A stretch of DNA of 32,000 nucleotides from Candidatus Saccharimonadota bacterium (GTDB lineage Archaea > Micrarchaeota > Micrarchaeia > Micrarchaeales > Micrarchaeaceae). Under the pieces are notes generated by a model. That model had not been told where the DNA came from. It searched no databases and worked only from the letters and a program-made list of their open reading frames with translations. The position numbers and the translations under genes are program-made. Location of the stretch: the NCBI GenBank assembly GCA_021654395.1, contig AP024486.1, positions 180,001-212,000 of the forward strand, given 5' to 3'. Positions 25,893 through 32,000 of this stretch are shown piece after piece; position 1 is the stretch's first letter; each line of letters opens with the position of its first letter.

Positions 25893-27200
25893 ATGAGAAG
25901 CATATTCTTATTTCATAGAGATCTTAGACTAGAAGACAATTCTGCTTTAATAAGAGCATTAAAAGAGAGTGAAGAAGTACTTCCATTATTTATAATTGAT
26001 CCTAGACAAGTAGAAGATAATGAATACAAATCTCTTTATGCAATAGGCTTTATGATAGACTCATTAATAGATCTAGATAATGAATTAAAGAAGCATAACT
26101 CTAAGCTACATGTCTTAAAAGGAATTGCAGAAGAGATATTACCAAAGATAGCGTATGAATTAAATATTGAAAGAGTGTACTTTAATGAAGATTATACACC
26201 ATTTAGCATAAAGAGAGACTCCTCTATAAAAGAGAGATTTAAAGGAGAAGTTATAACTGAAGAAGATTATTTACTAGTAAAGAAAAACTTCTTTATAAAT
26301 AAAGGAAAGCCTTACTCAGTATTTACTCATTTCTATAAAGATGCTTTAAATTTAGATATAAGAAAACCTATACAGAATAGATATAATAATTATATTAAAG
26401 CAGATCTTCCAGGCATAGAGATACTAAGAGACATAAAATATGAAAGACCAGCATTAAAAGGAGGCAGAAATGAAGCGTTAAAGCTTCTTGAAAGAGCTAG
26501 AAGCATAGATTATAGACTTAGAAATATTCCAGCTGCAAATGCAACAACTATGCTTTCAGCATATATAAAGTTTGGTTGTATATCTATAAGAGAGGCTTTT
26601 CATAACCTTAATGATTCTATAAAAAGACAGCTCTTCTGGAGGGACTTTTATACATTATTGGCTTATTATAATCCACATGTATTTGGACATGCTTATAAGA
26701 GAGAGTATGAAAATATAAGATGGAACTATGATGAAAAGCTATTTGAGGCTTGGAAGAATGGATTAACAGGCTATCCTATTATAGATGCAGGAATGAGAGA
26801 GCTTAATCAGACAGGCTATATGCATAACAGAGTAAGAATGATTGCAGCATCATTCTTGGTTAAGGTATTGCATATAGACTGGCGCTTAGGAGAGAGATAC
26901 TTTGCTACTAAGCTTGTTGATTATGATCCTTCTGTAAATAATGGAAACTGGCAGTGGGTTGCTTCTACAGGAGCAGATTACATGTTTAGATTATTTAATC
27001 CATGGATACAACAGAAGAAGTTTGATCCTAATGCAGATTATATAAAGAGGTGGGTACCGGAGCTTAAGGATCTAGAGCCAGATGTAATTCATAATATATA
27101 TAATTATAACATAGATAATTATCCAAAGCCTATAGCAGACTATTATAAAGAGATAAAGACAGCTAAGCAGCTTTATGGAATATATAATAGGAGCTATTAA
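25893..27200 (+). CDS. phr: Deoxyribodipyrimidine photolyase (class I CPD photolyase/cryptochrome family)
   Basis: FLFHRDLRLEDNSAL, WRDFY, TGYPIIDAGMRELNQTGYMHNRVRMIAASFLVK, DYDPSVNNGNWQWVASTG. Confidence 0.9.
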   Translation: MRSIFLFHRDLRLEDNSALIRALKESEEVLPLFIIDPRQVEDNEYKSLYAIGFMIDSLIDLDNELKKHNSKLHVLKGIAEEILPKIAYELNIERVYFNEDYTPFSIKRDSSIKERFKGEVITEEDYLLVKKNFFINKGKPYSVFTHFYKDALNLDIRKPIQNRYNNYIKADLPGIEILRDIKYERPALKGGRNEALKLLERARSIDYRLRNIPAANATTMLSAYIKFGCISIREAFHNLNDSIKRQLFWRDFYTLLAYYNPHVFGHAYKREYENIRWNYDEKLFEAWKNGLTGYPIIDAGMRELNQTGYMHNRVRMIAASFLVKVLHIDWRLGERYFATKLVDYDPSVNNGNWQWVASTGADYMFRLFNPWIQQKKFDPNADYIKRWVPELKDLEPDVIHNIYNYNIDNYPKPIADYYKEIKTAKQLYGIYNRSY

Positions 27201-27266
27201 CGACCAAGTCTTATATAAATTGATTACGTTAAGATTAGAAACCCATATGCCTATTAATATGAATAC

Positions 27267-27593
27267 TCATGAATTATTCAGATGGCTAATTATTAGTATA
27301 CTAGCAACTATCAATAAACCACCAAATATCTGAATTGGTTTATAACTCCCTATAATTACACTACCTAATAAAACAATCAAAGTATCTGCATACTCGAAAT
27401 CATTTATAAAATTTCTCTTTATAACCTCTTTGCTTATCGTCTTTATATGAATCTTACTAACAGCTTCTAACTCGCATAAAGAAGCTATAGGATATAGTAT
27501 ACCGCTTATAATTCCTATAACTAAATATATATAATTATTCATATTTATGGGAGTTATAGATCTGTAGAATATAGCTATCGTTAAAGGCAACAT
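27267..27593 (-). CDS. Membrane protein resembling the second EamA/DMT repeat
   Basis: 108 aa with 3-4 TM segments and a C-terminal ...FGGLLIVASILIISH, similar to the end of an EamA domain. See the finding on a possible split gene. Confidence 0.4.
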   Translation of the reverse strand: MLPLTIAIFYRSITPINMNNYIYLVIGIISGILYPIASLCELEAVSKIHIKTISKEVIKRNFINDFEYADTLIVLLGSVIIGSYKPIQIFGGLLIVASILIISHLNNS

Positions 27594-27693
27594 TAATAAT
27601 GGTTGAACTATAAGCTTAGAGCCTATCTTATATTATTTAGATTATAAAATTGCATATAATATCCAATACCAGAGAATAATGCTATGCTTATAA

Positions 27694-28149
27694 CTATAGG
27701 CAATGCTTTGACATGAAAAGAATAGCCATTACTCTCAGCAAAAATATACCAATTACTAATATAGATATACCTATAAATAGCATCAGCATATCATTATATC
27801 TCAGCTTCTTATTATACTTAATAAGATCTATAAAGAAGAATACAAAAACGGATAGGCCCATCAGAGGAAATATACTTGCAAGATCGTAGCTCTTATACGC
27901 TGCAAACATTATTAAAGAGTATATAACAATAAAAAGTGTTGCTAATGTGCTGAATATATAGTATATCTTTCTCTTAAGATGTATTGAATCCTTAATATAT
28001 CTATATAATATTAGATCTGATATAGCTATACCCAAGCCTATTGATAATATTGAATCGCCCAATGTTAGATTGCTTATTGCAACATATTCTAATATGTTGT
28101 TAATCCCATAAAATACAGTGCTTATTATCATTAGCTCTAGCTCTTTCAT
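27694..28149 (-). CDS. Membrane protein resembling the first EamA/DMT repeat
   Basis: 151 aa with about 5 TM segments. ...FYGINNILEYVAISNL and ...FIGISILVIGIFLL resemble the start and end of an EamA domain. Confidence 0.45.
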   Translation of the reverse strand: MKELELMIISTVFYGINNILEYVAISNLTLGDSILSIGLGIAISDLILYRYIKDSIHLKRKIYYIFSTLATLFIVIYSLIMFAAYKSYDLASIFPLMGLSVFVFFFIDLIKYNKKLRYNDMLMLFIGISILVIGIFLLRVMAILFMSKHCL

Positions 28150-28230
28150 TTATATTTACCAAGAGCTCTATATAGAATTGTTGCTAGGTAATCTTTATAT
28201 ATTTCATTTTCCACTATAATATTGACTAAT

Positions 28231-28758
28231 ATGAGCGAGATTGATGAAGATGAATTGAGAAATATTATAAGCGCCATACTTAGAAAGGAGCTTGAGAGTA
28301 TGCTAGCTGATATAAGCGAAAATGATATAAATGATCTAAAAAGGATACTGGCAATAAATGATAAAGATTATATAAATAATCCGATATTTAGAAGGTTAAA
28401 TGAAACAATAGCAAGGATAGAATCAAGATATAGTAAAGAGGATCAGATAGAAGAGAGTAAAGATGAGAAGCTGTTTTATGAAGTGATAAACAAAAATGAT
28501 TCTGTAGATGTTATAATAGATCTAAGAGGATTCAATAAAGCATTAACTAAATTAACAATATCTAATAGTAATATAATCTTGGATGGAGTAAGAAATGACA
28601 ATAAGAAGATAACAAAGATAATAAATCTGAGCTATAGAATAGATCCCAGATCTATAGAGAGCAGATTTGTAAATGGAATACTTGCGCTAAGCTTTAACAA
28701 GTCTTATGAGATTCCTAGAACAGAGAACGAGGTAGTTTTAGAGTTAGATAAGTTGTAG
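28231..28758 (+). CDS. Hsp20/alpha-crystallin-domain-like protein with an acidic N-terminal extension
   Basis: The C-terminal half, DVIIDLRGFNKALTKLTISNSNIILDG...INLSYRIDPRSIESRFVNGILALSFNK, follows the ACD pattern (V.vDLPG...i.v....L.i.g...i.LP..vd...i.a...nGvL.i...K). I prefer the ATG at 28231, with TTTATATA about 30 nt upstream, to the track's TTG at 28222. Confidence 0.45.
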   Translation: MSEIDEDELRNIISAILRKELESMLADISENDINDLKRILAINDKDYINNPIFRRLNETIARIESRYSKEDQIEESKDEKLFYEVINKNDSVDVIIDLRGFNKALTKLTISNSNIILDGVRNDNKKITKIINLSYRIDPRSIESRFVNGILALSFNKSYEIPRTENEVVLELDKL

Positions 28759-28839
28759 CTCTTTATCTATCTATAGAAATAATCTTTATAATAGTTTAAG
28801 ATCTAATTTTATATCAGCTAGCTTCTATAAGGTGGTTTT

Positions 28840-28977
28840 ATGTCTAAGAGAAAGATAGGCAAGGCGTACAGACCAATATATAGAGCTAGACTTAAGAGAG
28901 AGATAAGAGCAAAGCTAAAAGCAAATAAGGATAGCAAGGTTCTATTTAGGCTGAACTTCGCTAAAAGCGAATCTTAA
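28840..28977 (+). CDS. Candidate 45-aa highly basic small protein (not in the ORF track)
   Basis: MSKRKIGKAYRPIYRARLKREIRAKLKANKDSKVLFRLNFAKSES*. A GGTGG Shine-Dalgarno-like motif lies 5-9 nt upstream of the ATG. It sits in an otherwise empty 245-nt gap. Confidence 0.3.
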   Translation: MSKRKIGKAYRPIYRARLKREIRAKLKANKDSKVLFRLNFAKSES

Positions 28978-29003
28978 TATAACTTTTATAATATCCTTAA
29001 TAT

Positions 29004-29798
29004 ATGCATAGATCTTATGTATTAATAGTATTATTACTACTTATAGCATCTTATATATCATACTCTGGAACAGTCTCTATAGGATTCTCATGCTATACAA
29101 AGGCAGCAACGAATAATCAATCCATAATATTTTATAATATAAGCAACTATGGAGATGTTCAAGCAAGCAATCTTGTTATAAATGGCGTAATAGGTAATAG
29201 ATCTTACTATAACATAGAGATACCATATATTAATCCGAATAGCAGCCATATAGGAGATATAACGATAGATACATCCGGCTTTTATGTTGGAACTTATACT
29301 GTTATAAACTATATAAGTTATAATCAAGGTAGTAGTAGATTTACCGTGGCTGCACCATGCATCGCTTTAGTTAAAAACTCAACAGAGGGCTTAATAAATA
29401 TAAATAATATCTCATTCAATAATAATCTCTTGAGCTTAAGAGTATTTAATGGCTACAACTCTACAATAAGCTATACTATAGAGATAATACCTCCTCCAGA
29501 GGTAGGAGCAGAAGTAATTAAGAGTTATACAATATCTCCTTTAGCATATTCAAATCTAGGTATTCCACTTAAATTACATAGCTCTGCAAATATAAGCTCT
29601 GTTATAATTATAACATTAGATTATATACACAGCTCAAGACATTTCTCATACTTCTATGAGATACCTTATAGCTCAAGCTCTGCTAGCTATGAAGGCATAC
29701 CAGGTTTGTATAGCACCTATTTAAGTATAATATTAATATTTTTAAGTTTATCTACAATATTGGCCTTATTAAGAGTATATTATAAAAGGAGAAGCTAA
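29004..29798 (+). CDS. Surface protein with an N-terminal signal/TM and a C-terminal TM anchor, sequon-rich
   Basis: N-terminal YVLIVLLLLIASYISY and C-terminal YLSIILIFLSLSTILALLRVYYKRRS. Multiple N-x-S/T sequons. Confidence 0.55.
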   Translation: MHRSYVLIVLLLLIASYISYSGTVSIGFSCYTKAATNNQSIIFYNISNYGDVQASNLVINGVIGNRSYYNIEIPYINPNSSHIGDITIDTSGFYVGTYTVINYISYNQGSSRFTVAAPCIALVKNSTEGLININNISFNNNLLSLRVFNGYNSTISYTIEIIPPPEVGAEVIKSYTISPLAYSNLGIPLKLHSSANISSVIIITLDYIHSSRHFSYFYEIPYSSSSASYEGIPGLYSTYLSIILIFLSLSTILALLRVYYKRRS

Positions 29799-29830
29799 TT
29801 AAAATAAAATATAGAAAAGTGATTTAATAT

Positions 29831-30514
29831 ATGCCAGAAAAAGAGCTAGTATCTATTGTTATACCGACCTGGAATGAAGCAGGAAATATAAGAACGCTTA
29901 TAGAAGATATAAATAGATGCCTTAAAGGCTATAACTATGAGATATTAGTTATAGATAAGTACTCTGAGGATGGTACAGCAGATATCGCAAGAAAGATGGG
30001 GGCCAGAGTTATTTTAGATAAAGGCGGAAAAGGGGCAGCTCTAATAAGAGGCTTTAAAGAGGCTAAAGGAGATATAGTAGTGTCGATGGATGCTGATCTA
30101 TCGCATAGGCCAAAAGAGCTTGTACTTCTGATAGAGAGTATAAAGATAGGCTATGATGCTGCGATGGGGTCTAGATTTATAATAGGTGGTGGTAGCTCAG
30201 ATATGCCATGGTACAGAAGATTTGGGAATAAGGTATTTGTAATACTTGTAAATCTTTTATATAGAACGCATTATACAGATCTATGCTATGGCTACAGAAG
30301 CTTCTCTAAGGAAGCATTAAATAGGCTTAAGCTTAGAGAGGAAGGATTCGGTATAGAGACAGAGATAAATATAAAGTGTGCTAAGCAAAGACTTAATATA
30401 ATAGAGATACCGAGCTATGAGAAGAAGAGAAGCAGCGGAGAGGCAAAGCTTAGAACTTTCAGAGACGGCTTTAGAATATTAAAGGCGATAATTAAGTATA
30501 AATTTATGGATTAG
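29831..30514 (+). CDS. GT2 family glycosyltransferase (dolichyl-phosphate sugar synthase, Dpm1-like)
   Basis: VSIVIPTWNEAGNI, DKYSEDGT, DADLSH (DxD), GSRF. 227 aa. Confidence 0.85.
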   Translation: MPEKELVSIVIPTWNEAGNIRTLIEDINRCLKGYNYEILVIDKYSEDGTADIARKMGARVILDKGGKGAALIRGFKEAKGDIVVSMDADLSHRPKELVLLIESIKIGYDAAMGSRFIIGGGSSDMPWYRRFGNKVFVILVNLLYRTHYTDLCYGYRSFSKEALNRLKLREEGFGIETEINIKCAKQRLNIIEIPSYEKKRSSGEAKLRTFRDGFRILKAIIKYKFMD

Positions 30515-32000
30515 ATAGGTTAAAGCTCCCTTCTATTAGAGAGAAGTTATAAGTAGAGTTATACGCTATTACTTTAGTATTAGTTAAAGCTTCCTTATAG
30601 TTGCAGTCAGAGTTATATGGTGGTGGTATATTACACCAGTAATCATAAGAGAAGACAGCGCAGCTATATCTTGATGATACATTCTGTATGAAGCTCTTGT
30701 TATAAATATAGTATGACTGTGCTGCTGTTAGATTATAAAGCTGAAATATGTATGGATCGTAGTCAAATACTATACAGCTTTTGCTTATATTCTTCGCATT
30801 CTGCTGTATAAAGATCTCATAGTATCTCGCTGGCGCTGCCTGCTGTATATGAGAAGGAGGTATACTTATAAATGGATAGTTTGTGTATATGCTATATACT
30901 GTAAGAATTAGACTTATAATTATACCAATAGCTCTCTTCCTTTTTGGAGCTATCCTATAAGTAAAGTATGCTGCTCCTATAATTATAATAATCTCAAATG
31001 GTAGCATAAATCTTACATCTACCCCATATAATACAGAGCCTGCATAGAACGCAGAGTAGAAAATAACTCCAGAGATAAATATAAGTAGCATCGATAATCC
31101 ATTTAATCTATCTCTCTTTTGAATTATCATTAAGGCTATGCCTAATAGAGCAACAAGAGTAATAATAAATGTCTGCGGTACATCTAAGTAGCTAAGAGAT
31201 GGATGAGTCAGATTCAATGAAGGATTATTAAGAGAGCCGTTTAATAGAGTAGTTGTGTTTAGATATGTATATGCATTAAACCAGAATAGCAGATTACCAC
31301 ATATATTCGCCTTAAGATTAGATATACTAAATGTACTATTAGATATAACCTCTGATGCGTATGGCATGCTTCTACTGGCACACGTATTTGGTATATAAAC
31401 AACAGAGCTACTAGATACACCATAATTTCCGTATAGCAGCTCGTATCTATCATAACTTATAATTACTGCTATAGAGAATATAACAGCTAAAAGTAGGATA
31501 AGATTGATAGTATTCATACTTGCTACTATCTTTGCAGTCCTTCTTATAGATCCTCTATATACTAAGATCAGTAGTAATATATCAAATAAAGCAAATAAGA
31601 GTGCATCAACTTTTATATATAAGAGAAATGCTAATGCAGATATAAATAGCATAAACGACTTTGTATCCTTTTTAGATATATAGAGATATGTGCCTATAAG
31701 AGAGATTATAAAGAAGACAAGCAGAGGCATATCATTTGTTGTGGAAAAGGCCCATTGATATATTATAGGAATAGATGCATATAGTATCTCTGCTGAGAAA
31801 GCTATGTATCTATCCTTAAAGATTATAGAAGCTAGAATAAATGTTAAGAACATCCCTAAAACAGTTGTAAAGAACATTGCTGCATAGGCAGAGCTAAAGC
31901 TAGAACCAAAGATTATAAAGAACAAGGCGATTATAAATGAGGCTCCAGGAGGCTCATGAAATAGCTGCCCAGAGTAACATCTAACTCCACTCCCGTAATT
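30504..32000 (-). CDS. GT-C type polytopic membrane glycosyltransferase (ArnT/PMT-like); the 5' end lies beyond the window
   Basis: The track starts at a TTG at 31925, but the frame stays open to position 32000 (NYGSGVRCYSGQLFHEPPGASFIIAL...). The HEPPG motif and more than 10 TM helices followed by a sequon-rich soluble C-terminal domain are typical of GT39/GT83-like enzymes. It converges on the GT2 gene. Confidence 0.65.
   Translation of the reverse strand, partial: NYGSGVRCYSGQLFHEPPGASFIIALFFIIFGSSFSSAYAAMFFTTVLGMFLTFILASIIFKDRYIAFSAEILYASIPIIYQWAFSTTNDMPLLVFFIISLIGTYLYISKKDTKSFMLFISALAFLLYIKVDALLFALFDILLLILVYRGSIRRTAKIVASMNTINLILLLAVIFSIAVIISYDRYELLYGNYGVSSSSVVYIPNTCASRSMPYASEVISNSTFSISNLKANICGNLLFWFNAYTYLNTTTLLNGSLNNPSLNLTHPSLSYLDVPQTFIITLVALLGIALMIIQKRDRLNGLSMLLIFISGVIFYSAFYAGSVLYGVDVRFMLPFEIIIIIGAAYFTYRIAPKRKRAIGIIISLILTVYSIYTNYPFISIPPSHIQQAAPARYYEIFIQQNAKNISKSCIVFDYDPYIFQLYNLTAAQSYYIYNKSFIQNVSSRYSCAVFSYDYWCNIPPPYNSDCNYKEALTNTKVIAYNSTYNFSLIEGSFNLSNP

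Noticed and set aside
13696-27266. A search for a direct repeat of the tRNA-Glu 3' end (att duplication) or an integrase bounding the island
   Set aside because: I saw no second copy of ...GGTTCAAATCCCGATGGGAGCA and no integrase-like ORF anywhere in the window. No bounded integrative element is claimed.
29088-31453. Antisense track ORFs 29088..29327 (-) and 31259..31453 (-, a different frame inside the GT-C gene)
   Set aside because: They overlap better-supported longer ORFs and show no independent signals.

Overview
Very AT-rich archaeal chromosome segment. A reverse gyrase gene is present, which implies a (hyper)thermophile. Any finer taxonomy is only inference.

Gene content, left to right:
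- The 5' part of reverse gyrase (minus strand, cut by the window edge).
- An Obg/Ygr210-type GTPase.
- A CxxC thioredoxin-like membrane protein.
- A putative wHTH protein.
- A large sequon-rich secreted protein.
- A contiguous nuoH-I-J-K-L-M-N module of complex I.
- tRNA-Glu(CUC), which overlaps the nuoN stop codon.
- A badly decayed bacterial-type S66 LD-carboxypeptidase pseudogene.
- A complete type I-B CRISPR-Cas locus: cas6-cas8b-cas7-cas5-cas3(HD+helicase)-cas4-cas1-cas2, a short leader, and a CRISPR array with the 30-nt repeat GTATAAAATCATACAGAGATGGATGTAAAC.
- A class I photolyase.
- Two half-size DMT/EamA-like membrane ORFs, possibly one broken gene.
- An Hsp20-like protein.
- A glycosylation cluster: a sequon-rich anchored protein, a GT2 Dpm1-like transferase and a GT-C membrane glycosyltransferase that runs off the window end.

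Most unusual observation: the array has 17 regularly spaced repeats with spacers of 35-43 nt. After them comes a 285-nt segment of clearly foreign composition, closed by an 18th perfect repeat. That segment holds an unannotated 59-codon ORF, in the same orientation as the crRNAs, encoding a two-transmembrane, glycine-zipper mini-protein. Its ATG lies inside a repeat-like remnant (GTATA-T-GAGATGG). I flag it as a candidate array-embedded small membrane toxin, addiction or effector gene. This is a hypothesis only.

Secondary oddities:
- A 502-aa Cas7 with a roughly 90-aa helical, wHTH-like C-terminal extension and a low-complexity insert.
- In-frame tandem duplications in cas3.
- A possible internal Cas11 start in cas8b.
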